A stretch of DNA of 64,000 nt, from positions 21,756 through 85,755 of the IMG/VR virus record IMGVR_UViG_3300015214_000029; one strand, given 5' to 3'. The translations under genes were made by a program, and so were the position numbers. Each line of letters begins with the position of its first letter. The first letter of the stretch is position 1. A model generated the notes under the pieces. That model did not search any database, was not told the origin of the DNA, and saw only the letters and a program-made list of their open reading frames with translations. The stretch is from a virus (Duplodnaviria; Caudoviricetes). Below, piece by piece: positions 38,361 through 47,809 of this stretch.

Positions 38361-38810
38361 CTACAGCATGTGAACGACAACGCTGTAGGTTACGTCCTCG
38401 TAGTAGGCCAGCGGGAAGTGGGTCACCGCCAGGGCTGCAACGTCTTCCCTTACTTCAGCCAGGGGTGCCTCACTTCTGAAGATCCCGGTCCGGTAGTGGA
38501 TCTTGTTATCGTGGCGGGACCGGGCGACGATAGTATAGCTAAGGTGCCGTCGCAGGTCCGAGTGGTTGTGTCGGTTTTGAGGGGTCGCTGTTTGCTGCTC
38601 CAGGGCCAGGCCCAGCGCAACTACCAGGATGATCAGCCAGCCCCCGACAACAACCCCCAGGGTGGTGAGCACTCTCAGGGGTACGGGCACAAGATCCTGT
38701 GCCTGGATCAGCATAAAGAGTGCCATCAGGGTGCCAACTAGCAGGATGGCAAGGATCAGGACGCGCCCGGCGTGAATGCGACGGACCCGGGTCGTACTTG
38801 TGTGGGTCAT
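38361..38810 (-). CDS. Hypothetical membrane protein
   Basis: Two hydrophobic helices; GAGGAGTCTAGT RBS motif. Confidence 0.6.
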   Translation of the reverse strand: MTHTSTTRVRRIHAGRVLILAILLVGTLMALFMLIQAQDLVPVPLRVLTTLGVVVGGWLIILVVALGLALEQQTATPQNRHNHSDLRRHLSYTIVARSRHDNKIHYRTGIFRSEAPLAEVREDVAALAVTHFPLAYYEDVTYSVVVHML

Positions 38811-38824
38811 ACTAGACTCCTCTG

Positions 38825-39043
38825 CTATGGTAGAACAAGATAAAAGGTGGCAAGTTTCTTCAGGTCGAGGTGCAGCAGCCGCTTGCCGGTCCGCTTGTCA
38901 TGCACCTCGACCTGTTTGGCCTGTCGGCGGAATGCCTGGTGCAGCTTGACCTTGAGTAGCTGCGCCTCAGTCCGGTTCAGCCGGACCCGACTGTGTTCCT
39001 TACCGCGCCGGGTGTAGAAGATGAAGGTGACGGTGCGTTCCAT
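38825..39043 (-). CDS. Hypothetical protein
   Basis: 72-aa basic ORF. Confidence 0.5.
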   Translation of the reverse strand: MERTVTFIFYTRRGKEHSRVRLNRTEAQLLKVKLHQAFRRQAKQVEVHDKRTGKRLLHLDLKKLATFYLVLP

Positions 39044-39057
39044 GTCAGCATGGACTC

Positions 39058-39423
39058 CTAACCCAGCTTCTTGAGCAGCCGGTAGTAGTTCGGGTCCACG
39101 AACTTGAACCAGGCATGGCAGAACTGGTACAGGTCATCGATCTGCCGCCAGTCCCCGACAATGTCGCCCAGAGAGCGGATGCCGCTGTGCTGGTCATTGA
39201 TCCGGGGGTAGGTCGCCGTGTCCCGCTGGCGGATACGGTACCGCTTGGACTGTTCCCAGCCATTGCTCACCTGAACGTCGATGAAGGTCTTACCCACCCG
39301 GCGCACCCAGCTCGGGTACTCTGACTGGGTCTCAGCGAACTCTTCAAAGAGCAGGGTGTAGTTCGGGCGCTCGGGCTGGGGCTCTTCCAGCGGTATCCCC
39401 GACTTCTTCAGGCTAAACGACAT
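39058..39423 (-). CDS. Hypothetical early protein
   Basis: GAGAGGAGTC RBS motif. Confidence 0.6.
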   Translation of the reverse strand: MSFSLKKSGIPLEEPQPERPNYTLLFEEFAETQSEYPSWVRRVGKTFIDVQVSNGWEQSKRYRIRQRDTATYPRINDQHSGIRSLGDIVGDWRQIDDLYQFCHAWFKFVDPNYYRLLKKLG

Positions 39424-39503
39424 GACAGACTCCTCTCAGTCTATATGGATATACGTTCACAACCGGGCACGAGTTACCCCGTGCCCGGATGGTGAGAGCA
39501 CAT

Positions 39504-40571
39504 CTAGGCGCTGCCCAGCAGTTCGTACTGCTTGAACCGCTTGGCAGCAGAGCCCTCAAGCTGGGGACCGTAGTTGTCCGTATTGGAGTAGCCCACACCC
39601 TGTAGGATGTGAAGGACGCTCCAGAAGTGACCGCGCAGGGGGTACCACTTGCCCCGGCCCAGGTCGATCTGGTTGGTCTTCAGGTCGATGATGACGGTGC
39701 GGGGGTTCTCCCGCGCCCGGCGACGCCACTCATCCATCTTCAGGATGTATGCCTGGGCCACGTCCTCGGCGGCTGCACGGGGCAGGTAGTTGGTGTTGAA
39801 GTACCCGCTCAGGTCTACCTGCTCGATGTGCCGCTCCCAGTGGTTGCGGTCGATGTGGCGGTGATTAAACCAGGGATTTATCTTGCGCAGCTTCTCTCGC
39901 ACTGCCCGCTCGTAGTGGGGTAGGTTGACGCTGGCGAACTGGTCACGGTCCTGGTCTTTCGGCATAATCATGGCGGCATACCTGCCATCGAACAGCCAGA
40001 GCATGATACCCGCCCCGGTGTAGACCCCATCGTAAGGCTGGGCGAACACCCGGACCTTGCCCATCGGTAGCAGACCGTCGATCCACTGCTGCCGAATGAT
40101 GTGGAGTGACAGCCCGGGCCGCTGCACACTGAACTCGGCACCACCCAGGGTCTCGACCCTGGGTTCCTTCTTGGAGCCCGGCCCGTACTCGGGCGGGTCA
40201 CAGGTCAGGGTCAGGGCGTGCTCGGGAGTGCAGCGCAGATTAACCGCGTCATTGAGTCCGGCCCCTACGGTGCGCAGGGCCTTGCGCAGCGCCAGTGCAT
40301 CCGCCACAAACAGGGGGATGAGCGGGCACGTCTTGAACTGGGCCTCGACCCTCTGTTCGGCGTCCTTAGTCCAGTCCGACTCCGGCGAGGGCACGCCCAG
40401 TTCCTCGACCAGCGCCTCGACCTGGTCGTCGTCCAGTTCGTCCCCGACCACACCGTAAGCATGGGTATCTGTCATGACGAACACGGCAGGTTGCCCGCTG
40501 ATCTTGAACTGGAGTAGCAGCCTGGGGTTCTTGATCTTACGCAGGTACTTGAGATCTTCCTCGTACAGCAT
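39504..40571 (-). CDS. Hypothetical early protein
   Basis: Start MLYEE after GAGAGGAGTC RBS; promoter TTGACA-N17-TACCCT at 40658-40686. Confidence 0.65.
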   Translation of the reverse strand: MLYEEDLKYLRKIKNPRLLLQFKISGQPAVFVMTDTHAYGVVGDELDDDQVEALVEELGVPSPESDWTKDAEQRVEAQFKTCPLIPLFVADALALRKALRTVGAGLNDAVNLRCTPEHALTLTCDPPEYGPGSKKEPRVETLGGAEFSVQRPGLSLHIIRQQWIDGLLPMGKVRVFAQPYDGVYTGAGIMLWLFDGRYAAMIMPKDQDRDQFASVNLPHYERAVREKLRKINPWFNHRHIDRNHWERHIEQVDLSGYFNTNYLPRAAAEDVAQAYILKMDEWRRRARENPRTVIIDLKTNQIDLGRGKWYPLRGHFWSVLHILQGVGYSNTDNYGPQLEGSAAKRFKQYELLGSA

Positions 40572-40696
40572 GTTAGACTCCTCTCTAGTCCTCTCTCCCG
40601 GGCCGGGCACCCCGCAGGGCACCCGACCGCTTGAGAGAGGAGTTCTACCCTACCTTTAGGGTATTCGAAAACTTACGAGTTGTCAAGCAACTCATA

Positions 40697-40781
40697 GGTG
40701 GAGATGCCGGGTGTCGAACCCGGGTCCGCAAGCTTGCCGGGTTGCCCCGGGTCATTGCCCACGTCGAAGCCAGTCATCCCC
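40697..40781 (-). ncRNA. Minimal tmRNA-like RNA (tRNA-like domain only)
   Basis: GGGGATG/CATCTCC acceptor with G3-U70, A73-CC; stemless D loop ACTGGCTTCGAC; GGAC then T arm CCGGG-TTCGACA-CCCGG; mRNA-like domain replaced by CCGGG-GCAA-CCCGG. Confidence 0.85.
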
Positions 40782-40824
40782 AGATGGCTGGAGCCCACCT
40801 CAGCGGGCTCCAGGGGTCTGTAGA

Positions 40825-41445
40825 TCACTTGCTGTACACCACCGTCACGCTCTGCCAGTTCCAGTAGGCTTCCTTGAGGTGCAGCCCTTTGATACGGGCG
40901 ATCAGGGCCTCGACCTGCTGGGTATTGCGCAGCCGGTACCAGTTGCGGGTGCCGTCCTCACGTACCAGGGTGATGCGGGTCATCCGGTAGGACGTGTCCT
41001 CTGTCAGATCCAGCCGGACTTCCAGCCCGACCAGTGGGGACACCGTGAAGTTGTCCCGGTAGGTCTTGCACTGGGCATACACGAACCCGTTGTCATCTTC
41101 CCACAGGTCGATGTACTCCACGTTGTAAAGCTCGGGAAAGATGTGCCAGTCCGAGATATCCATGAACTCGGTACGCCCCGGCACCCAACGGAAGTTGAGG
41201 CACCGGCCTTCGTCATACAGGGCCCGCTCTTCATCCTCGTCTACCCAGTCGGGCAGGTTGTCCGGGTCCCAGCCGTTGAACTGGCAATACTCCCGCCAGT
41301 TCTGTTCCTCTACCTCGGGGTCGTCATATGGCTCGGGGTCGTTCAGCCAGGCATACACCTCGTAAGGCGTACACCCCTCGAACTTGCCCGGACCCCGGGC
41401 GATCCCCTCATAGTGGGCACGGACCGCAGCCTTGTGTGTACTCAT
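40825..41445 (-). CDS. Hypothetical early protein
   Basis: 206 aa, acidic; RBS motif. Confidence 0.6.
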   Translation of the reverse strand: MSTHKAAVRAHYEGIARGPGKFEGCTPYEVYAWLNDPEPYDDPEVEEQNWREYCQFNGWDPDNLPDWVDEDEERALYDEGRCLNFRWVPGRTEFMDISDWHIFPELYNVEYIDLWEDDNGFVYAQCKTYRDNFTVSPLVGLEVRLDLTEDTSYRMTRITLVREDGTRNWYRLRNTQQVEALIARIKGLHLKEAYWNWQSVTVVYSK

Positions 41446-41520
41446 ACTAGACTCCTCTCAGTCATAGGTTAATGCGTCCAGTGGTGTGCCCTACCGGGGC
41501 AGGGCACACGGCTGGCAGCA

Positions 41521-41841
41521 CTAACGGGTCGGCGATAGCGACCGGTGTTGAGCGGTCACCCGCTCGACCAGTTCGAACGGTACGCCGTCCAGACGGAAGG
41601 CACCGTTCTCGGGGATGGGGTCGGTGACGAAGTTCCCGAGCTTGACCAGGATCTCTACTGCCTTACGTCTATCTCCCCCAGCATACCGCTGGGCGAAGAC
41701 TTTGAACCCCTTACGCGCACCCCGCAGCCGCTCTTCCGGGGTCAGGTGGTGCGCCCGGGGGCTATGCCGGGAGATATGCCCGGCGATCTGCCAGCGGTTC
41801 CACCCGGTGAAGGGTCTCCCGCACACTGCACATTCTCTCAT
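41521..41841 (-). CDS. Early protein with C2H2-like zinc finger
   Basis: CAVC-x14-HISRH; GAGAGGAGTC RBS. Confidence 0.55.
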   Translation of the reverse strand: MRECAVCGRPFTGWNRWQIAGHISRHSPRAHHLTPEERLRGARKGFKVFAQRYAGGDRRKAVEILVKLGNFVTDPIPENGAFRLDGVPFELVERVTAQHRSLSPTR

Positions 41842-41976
41842 GACTCGACTCCTCTCAGGACTGTTCACACTAGACTCCCTTCTATTCAGCAATGCACTGA
41901 GGGGTGTGCCCGGTCATACTACGTTGGTCGGGTACACTGCACCCTTCCTGTAGCCCGGGCACACAGTCTCAGGGCA

Positions 41977-42285
41977 CTACTGTTCGGGCTTGTCATCCGG
42001 CAGCGTCACGCTGATGGTGATGCTGTTCAGGATGCGCTCGAACTCTTCGCCGGTCACCCGGTCCGCCTTGTCACCCCCATCGATGATGTTGAGGTGTTGC
42101 CCGGTGGTCGGGCCCCAGTCGTTTTCCCGCACGATCAGCCCCTTACCGGGGATGAACACGGCGACCGGGGTGGAGTAGGAAAACCATAGGGCAATTGGCC
42201 CCAGGTCTACCTTCATGGCGTTGTGCCGGGGTTCCGGTCGGTAGGACCGGATCTCCACCTCGTTGGCCCGTAGTTGTTTGGTCAC
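41977..42285 (-). CDS. Hypothetical early protein
   Basis: LWFSYSTPVA...GPTTGQHLN motif; AAGGAGTC RBS. Confidence 0.6.
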   Translation of the reverse strand: MTKQLRANEVEIRSYRPEPRHNAMKVDLGPIALWFSYSTPVAVFIPGKGLIVRENDWGPTTGQHLNIIDGGDKADRVTGEEFERILNSITISVTLPDDKPEQ

Positions 42286-42683
42286 GCTGACTCCTTTCCC
42301 TTTTCCAAAGCACGGATGCGGCGATTAATCTCGAACTGCACTGCACCCTCTAGGATCAGTTCACGCAGCCTGCGCAGCCCCTCGATGTTCCCTTTAAGGG
42401 CATAGTAGTGGACTACGGCAAGCACGTTGTCGGTTTGCTCATTTGCCCGCCAGCCCCAGCCCATACACCAGGGACACTTAACGTCCGAGCGGAAGTGCTT
42501 GGGGTCATCGGACCGGTAGTGTGCTTGGCAGAAGGGACATACTGTGTACTCGGGCTTGTACTCGGGCGGCTCTTCCTCGATTGAACGCACAAGCCAGTCC
42601 AAGTTGAAGTGCCGGGTCTTTTCAGTTCCCGGGTTGGTGATAGTAACCCGGACCCCGAGCGGGGTATCCTCATACTCGAACAC
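42282..42683 (-). CDS. Hypothetical early protein with CxxC pair
   Basis: CPFC...CPWC; GTG start after RBS motif. Confidence 0.55.
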   Translation of the reverse strand: MFEYEDTPLGVRVTITNPGTEKTRHFNLDWLVRSIEEEPPEYKPEYTVCPFCQAHYRSDDPKHFRSDVKCPWCMGWGWRANEQTDNVLAVVHYYALKGNIEGLRRLRELILEGAVQFEINRRIRALEKGKESA

Positions 42684-42753
42684 ACCAGACTCCTCTCTGT
42701 TAATGACCAAACGTAAGGGCTCCGGGTCACCCCCGAGCCCTACCGTTTGTCCA

Positions 42754-43650
42754 CTAACGGGCGATTCCCAACCGGACCTTCAGGTAGGCGGCGACGTACC
42801 GGCCCACCCGCTTGCTCAGGATCTTACGGCCCTCCAGAGGATCACGGTGAAAGGCAACCCAGTTGAACCCCTCGCCCGAGACCTCGTACCACAGGGATTC
42901 CTGGTCTGCCCGGCTACCCCGTTCCTCGACGGCATTGAAGACGAGCGAGGGCACCACGTACCCTTCGCGCAGGTGGCTGAGCAGGTGCTCATGCGGGTGC
43001 TCTGTTTCATACTCGGCAAGCTCGTCATTGGAGATGGCGTGCAGCAGCCGAGCCGCCTTGTTGACCTGGGCCCTCTCAGTCGAGCGCTGCTGGGCAACCA
43101 GGTCGCCCAGGGGGACGCCGGTCCCGACTTCCCGCATATAGCAATGCCAGCAGTCGCCCGCATTCGGGCGATCCAGGGTGCCGTCCTCGATGGCCTGGCG
43201 GACCTTGCGCACATAGGCATTGATCTTCTGGTTGAGCCACTTCACACGGCGCTGCTCTTCTTCACCGAACCGGGCGTTGTTATCCAGCAGGTTACCTTCC
43301 CAGTCGATGGTGAGCCCATCGTAGAACGGTACCGTATTCTGCTGCTTGACACTGAGGTACCATGCCCCCTTGTCCTGGTAGACCGAGATGTAACCGGGCA
43401 GACCCCGCAGCGCATCATTGATCCGCTGTTTAGTCGTGCTGGTCCGCCAGCCATTGGTCTGGAACTTCAGGAAGTCTGGGGTGTACAGCACTACGTCAGT
43501 GTCATGGTAGCGCACGGCGATGGCATACTTGCCCCGGCGCTGTACCCGGGTAGCCCTACCATTGGGGTAGGGACGGTCATCCGGGTCCTTGCCGCCAGCC
43601 AGGTACGCCTGTACTTCATCCCAACTTGAAGGCGAGAAACGATCAGACAT
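42754..43650 (-). CDS. Hypothetical early protein
   Basis: Start MSDRF after AAGGAGTCTAG RBS; IAVRYHDTDVV...TNGWRTSTTKQRIN. Confidence 0.65.
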   Translation of the reverse strand: MSDRFSPSSWDEVQAYLAGGKDPDDRPYPNGRATRVQRRGKYAIAVRYHDTDVVLYTPDFLKFQTNGWRTSTTKQRINDALRGLPGYISVYQDKGAWYLSVKQQNTVPFYDGLTIDWEGNLLDNNARFGEEEQRRVKWLNQKINAYVRKVRQAIEDGTLDRPNAGDCWHCYMREVGTGVPLGDLVAQQRSTERAQVNKAARLLHAISNDELAEYETEHPHEHLLSHLREGYVVPSLVFNAVEERGSRADQESLWYEVSGEGFNWVAFHRDPLEGRKILSKRVGRYVAAYLKVRLGIAR

Positions 43651-43652
43651 TG

Positions 43653-43767
43653 CTAGACTCCTTTCAGATTTGACACGGATACACTTTGCTAAACCTATGA
43701 TAACCGATCTGTGATCGGGAGTCAAGAGGCAATTAGCAGACAACCGGGCTCAAGTTACCCTGAGCCC
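43653..43767 (-). promoter_or_regulatory. Early promoter module copy 1
   Basis: TTGACT-N17-TATCAT with CCGATC-ACA-GATCGG palindrome in spacer; repeated at 44773-44884. Confidence 0.85.
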
Positions 43768-43781
43768 GGATGGTCTGATAA

Positions 43782-44258
43782 TTACCGGACGTAAGCGGTA
43801 CAGTCCCCGACCGGCACGCCTTTGGAGAGATAGCGGCGTATGGTGTAGTCGAGGCGGGCATGGGAGTAGGTGGATACGCCCCCGTTGTAGGGGTTGATCT
43901 CGTACATCCGGACGGTGACCAGGGTCCCCTGTACCCGGACGATCCAACCGGCACGCCAGCTTATGAGGGCAGCAATCACGCCGTGATCCTCATCGACGGC
44001 TTGCCAGATACCGGCCCGCCACTGGTTGGTAAGCAGGTCGGCAGCAATCACCCGGTACACCCCGAGCTGCCGACCCCCGACCACCACGTAAGCGGTCTCC
44101 AACAGGACCAGCAGCCGGTCATACTGGGAGCCCAGCAGCAGGGTATTACCTCGGGGCACCCGGTATAGCGGCTCTGTTTCCCAGTTGTTGAACTCATTGC
44201 GTTTGGCGGGGCTACGCCGGATGAAGACCCGGGGATCATGCCTTACGATGTAGTTCAT
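43782..44258 (-). CDS. Hypothetical early protein
   Basis: RBS motif then MNYIV. Confidence 0.55.
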   Translation of the reverse strand: MNYIVRHDPRVFIRRSPAKRNEFNNWETEPLYRVPRGNTLLLGSQYDRLLVLLETAYVVVGGRQLGVYRVIAADLLTNQWRAGIWQAVDEDHGVIAALISWRAGWIVRVQGTLVTVRMYEINPYNGGVSTYSHARLDYTIRRYLSKGVPVGDCTAYVR

Positions 44259-44327
44259 ACTCGACTCCTCTCTTTGCAATGGGCACACGTAAGGACCTAT
44301 GCTGACATGGGCCCTACCGTTTGACCA

Positions 44328-44771
44328 CTAGACCACGATCTCGAATTCTTCACACTCAATGTACTCACCCTCATGCCAGCCGGTGAGATCCACCATCCGA
44401 GCCAGGATGTTATACACATCCCGCAGATGGTTGGATGCGTGCCAGCGGGGAGCCCCTACCCATACCCAACCGGCTCGTGCCGGGCCGCACGCGGCGACCG
44501 GGTCCTGCCAGCGGGTGTGCGAGATCCAGAATGACCCGTTCTTATACACAACGGTCTGGACGAAGTATACCCGGTTGTTTACCCACCGGGTGCCATTCCA
44601 ACGCCAGCCGATAACCCACTCGGCGGAGCGGATACGGTCTTCTACGTCCTGGAGTTCACGCCGGGCACGCTGCCAGGTGAGCGAGCCGGGCTCAGAGCAT
44701 TTGATCCGGGCCGTGAGCCGGGCACGGCGTCGGTACGCATTCTCCAACACACGGCGACTGCTGTTGTCCAT
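44328..44771 (-). CDS. Hypothetical early protein
   Basis: RBS motif; Arg/Trp-rich. Confidence 0.55.
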   Translation of the reverse strand: MDNSSRRVLENAYRRRARLTARIKCSEPGSLTWQRARRELQDVEDRIRSAEWVIGWRWNGTRWVNNRVYFVQTVVYKNGSFWISHTRWQDPVAACGPARAGWVWVGAPRWHASNHLRDVYNILARMVDLTGWHEGEYIECEEFEIVV

Positions 44772-44772
44772 C

Positions 44773-44884
44773 CTAGACTCCTCTCAGATTTGACACGGGT
44801 ACACTTTGCTAAACCTATGATAGCCGATCTGTGATCGGGAGTCAAGCAATTAGCAGACAACTGGGCTCAAGTCACCCTGAGCCC
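44773..44884 (-). promoter_or_regulatory. Early promoter module copy 2
   Basis: Direct repeat of 43653-43767. Confidence 0.85.
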
Positions 44885-44897
44885 TACCGTTTGACCA

Positions 44898-45143
44898 CTA
44901 CCCGTACCGTGCACGCTGTATAGCCCGGTCTTTGAGCACCTGTAACAGGTCACCTTCCAGTACCGCTGCCTGGTCGCAACTCACCCGGGCCTTGTGGACT
45001 TCTGCCCGCACTGACATAGACGGATTGAACCGGGCAGTGACAACCAGTACCCAAATCCGCTTACCCGTGTAGGCATTCGTCAGGCGTGACCACTCATACT
45101 CCACCGGCACGCCAGCTACCGTAGTTTTACGGTCTTTTGGCAT
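44898..45143 (-). CDS. Hypothetical early protein
   Basis: Between hairpins, RBS motif. Confidence 0.55.
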   Translation of the reverse strand: MPKDRKTTVAGVPVEYEWSRLTNAYTGKRIWVLVVTARFNPSMSVRAEVHKARVSCDQAAVLEGDLLQVLKDRAIQRARYG

Positions 45144-45321
45144 AGCTGACTCCTCTCATTGCAATGGGCACATGTAAGGGCACCCCGATTCTGGGATGCC
45201 CTACCATGTGACCACTACTCACCCCGGATCAGACGGTCGAGCAAGTCATCCAGAGAATACCCCGCCAGGTGAGCGGGCTTGACACCATGTGCGATCTGCC
45301 AACGATCACGTCGAGTCAGCA

Positions 45322-45552
45322 TTACGCACCCCCCGGGATCAGCCGCACGTCGAATCCGGTGGCCCAGAAGTCATACCGAACCTCCCAGCCCAGGCGCTCA
45401 AGGCGCTGCCGGAAGACATACGCCCGGCCGGAGTCGAGGTGACGGTATGTGAAGTGTCCACCCTGCCGGGCAATACACACCCGGTGGTTGCCATCATGAT
45501 CCCGGCCATGCTGAAAGATCACATGCCGGATCGGACCCGTTCTCGTGCCCAT
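45322..45552 (-). CDS. Hypothetical early protein
   Basis: RBS motif. Confidence 0.5.
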   Translation of the reverse strand: MGTRTGPIRHVIFQHGRDHDGNHRVCIARQGGHFTYRHLDSGRAYVFRQRLERLGWEVRYDFWATGFDVRLIPGGA

Positions 45553-45766
45553 ATCAGACTCCTCTCAGTGTTCATCGACACACCCCGGGAGTCCATGCCA
45601 ACATGGACTCCCAGTGTTTGGCAATCAATGGGTGTACAGGTACACCCCGCCGCGCGGCCCAGTCCCCTGCTGGGTACCAGGCACCCCGAATAGGACAGAC
45701 TCCCCTGACTCTCATCGATACAGGTAAGGGCACGAGTCGCCCCGTGCCCTACCCTGTGGCAATCAG

Positions 45767-46045
45767 TTACAGGTATATCGTGACTGCCATTGTGTGCTCA
45801 CCGAACCGGGTAAGCTGGGAAAAGCTGCTATTCCGCTTGAGCACATACAGGCGAGCATACAGGTTCCCTACCCGTTTAGCGGTGAGGTAATACACCGTAG
45901 TATGCGTACCCCGCACGCCACCAAACCGGGAAAACACTACCCGGTAGGGTAGGGGATCACCGGCCGCATCAAGGGTAATGGTCACCTTCTGCAAGGGGGC
46001 CTTACGCCGGTACACGGGATTGATACCTTCACTCTTTAACCGCAT
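45767..46045 (-). CDS. Hypothetical early protein
   Basis: Between hairpins, RBS motif then MRLKS. Confidence 0.55.
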   Translation of the reverse strand: MRLKSEGINPVYRRKAPLQKVTITLDAAGDPLPYRVVFSRFGGVRGTHTTVYYLTAKRVGNLYARLYVLKRNSSFSQLTRFGEHTMAVTIYL

Positions 46046-46339
46046 GACAGACTCCTCTCCATTGAGCAATGGGTACACGTAAGGGCACCCCAGGGGGTGC
46101 CCTACCCGGTAGCGATCAAAAATACCGTACCGCGATCCGCTTGCCCTTGCGGGCCTGGTCACAGAGATACCCCGAGCTCACCCGGACCCCGGAGTCGGTG
46201 ATCCAGTGTTTACCCTGTCGGGTGACGCGGATCACTCCATCGTAGGTCTTCACCTTGTGTAGAAACATATCAGACTCCTCTCATACGCTCATTGACATAG
46301 GCAAGGGCCCGAGTCGCCCCGGGCCCTACCGTGCGGCAA

Positions 46340-46552
46340 TCAGCCGATAAATGGGCACCCGAATCGACGGTTTGGACATCCGGTGCCCGCCGCTACCTTG
46401 AACCGGGCTCCCGCCGCTGTGGGGCAGCGGTGCCAAACATACCCCGCACGCGGGGCAGTGCGGCCCGTATAGAGGTCGCCCCGGTAGTGTTCTACCGGCA
46501 GGACCCAGCCCGCGCCCAGGGCGCTCTGATATACGGCTACGATACGACGCAT
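46340..46552 (-). CDS. Hypothetical early protein
   Basis: Between hairpins, RBS motif. Confidence 0.5.
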   Translation of the reverse strand: MRRIVAVYQSALGAGWVLPVEHYRGDLYTGRTAPRAGYVWHRCPTAAGARFKVAAGTGCPNRRFGCPFIG

Positions 46553-46624
46553 TGTCTGACTCCTCTCATATGCTCATTGACACAGGTAAGGGCACCCTAC
46601 ACAGGGTGCCCTACCCTGTGGCAA

Positions 46625-46966
46625 TCAGCCCTTACGCCACAGTTTGTAGTGCCGGACTTCACCACCACGCCACGCCAGCCACGCTCTAAACTCGAAGGGT
46701 GTAAGTCGGACTCCATCGAATACCCGAATATACCGAACCTCACCCGACTCGTCGTGGACTTCAAACACTCCACGCCAGATCGTCCATTGCCCGTGCTGGT
46801 ATCCCTTGTGGAAGCGGACGTGCTGAATCTCACCTGTGTGACCAGCCCGGATCAGGTCCGCAATCTTACATAGGGTTTTCTGTCGGTAGGCAATGACTCC
46901 GGTCCCAGCGAATCCGAGTCGATTCACATACCGGACCGCATCTAGATAGTTTTCGACCTTGACCAT
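46625..46966 (-). CDS. Hypothetical early protein
   Basis: Between hairpins, RBS motif. Confidence 0.55.
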   Translation of the reverse strand: MVKVENYLDAVRYVNRLGFAGTGVIAYRQKTLCKIADLIRAGHTGEIQHVRFHKGYQHGQWTIWRGVFEVHDESGEVRYIRVFDGVRLTPFEFRAWLAWRGGEVRHYKLWRKG

Positions 46967-47037
46967 GATTGACTCCTCTCATACGCTCATTGACACAGGT
47001 AAGGACTCAGGTCACCCCGAGTCCTACCCTGTGGCAA

Positions 47038-47283
47038 TCAGCCATGCCGGACAAAAGTATAATCGTACTCTCCCGCTCCAAAGTAGTGCTTGCCATAGGG
47101 ATGCCATACCGGATCTGACTCGAACCGATCATACACGGCATACAGCAGTTCTGAGTCCTCGAAGGTGAAGTCCCAGAGGATCGTATCATCGGCATATACC
47201 CTGATACCGTCCGCCGGATCACACACCCCGCACCCGCACCCTTTATGTAGCTGTACCCGATTCGCATCGGTAAATTTAGGCAC
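47038..47283 (-). CDS. Hypothetical early protein
   Basis: Between hairpins, GTG start after AAGGAGTC. Confidence 0.5.
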   Translation of the reverse strand: MPKFTDANRVQLHKGCGCGVCDPADGIRVYADDTILWDFTFEDSELLYAVYDRFESDPVWHPYGKHYFGAGEYDYTFVRHG

Positions 47284-47383
47284 GATTGACTCCTTTTCTA
47301 GACAATAGGCACAGGTAAGGGCCCGAGTCGCCCCGGGTCCTACCCTGTGACTATCCTCAAGGACTCCACGACCTTATGGGGTG

Positions 47384-47725
47384 CTAGACAAGCACCCCAA
47401 AGATCGACTCCTCCGTGACCAGGACTGATTCCTGGCGAAACACTGCCTTGATTCGAGCCGCAAGAGTGTACACTGCGACCCGGTCCTGGGGTGTACCGCA
47501 TATCTCAACTACTGTTGAGTTTTCCCGGGCACCCTTCCAGGATCCTACGCCAGAATACAGGGTGTACCCTTCAAACTGAAGGTCCACCAGGTCGTGAAGG
47601 GTATCCCGATCATCAAGGTCTTCAGTGTATAGACGGTACCTTACACTGAGATCCGCCCGCGTCGGGACGGTATCCTCAGTGTAATCTGCGACGTATATGT
47701 TGTTGTGGATAAAGTTTTTGGACAT
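47384..47725 (-). CDS. Hypothetical early protein (possible P-II/DUF190-like fold)
   Basis: FEGYTLYSGVGSWKG...AVFRQESVLV; RBS motif. Confidence 0.5.
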   Translation of the reverse strand: MSKNFIHNNIYVADYTEDTVPTRADLSVRYRLYTEDLDDRDTLHDLVDLQFEGYTLYSGVGSWKGARENSTVVEICGTPQDRVAVYTLAARIKAVFRQESVLVTEESIFGVLV

Positions 47726-47809
47726 GACAGACTCCTCTTTATACTATAGGGCATAGGCCCATTGACACAGGTAAGGGCCCGAGCTGACCCGGGCCCTACC
47801 CTGTGGCAA

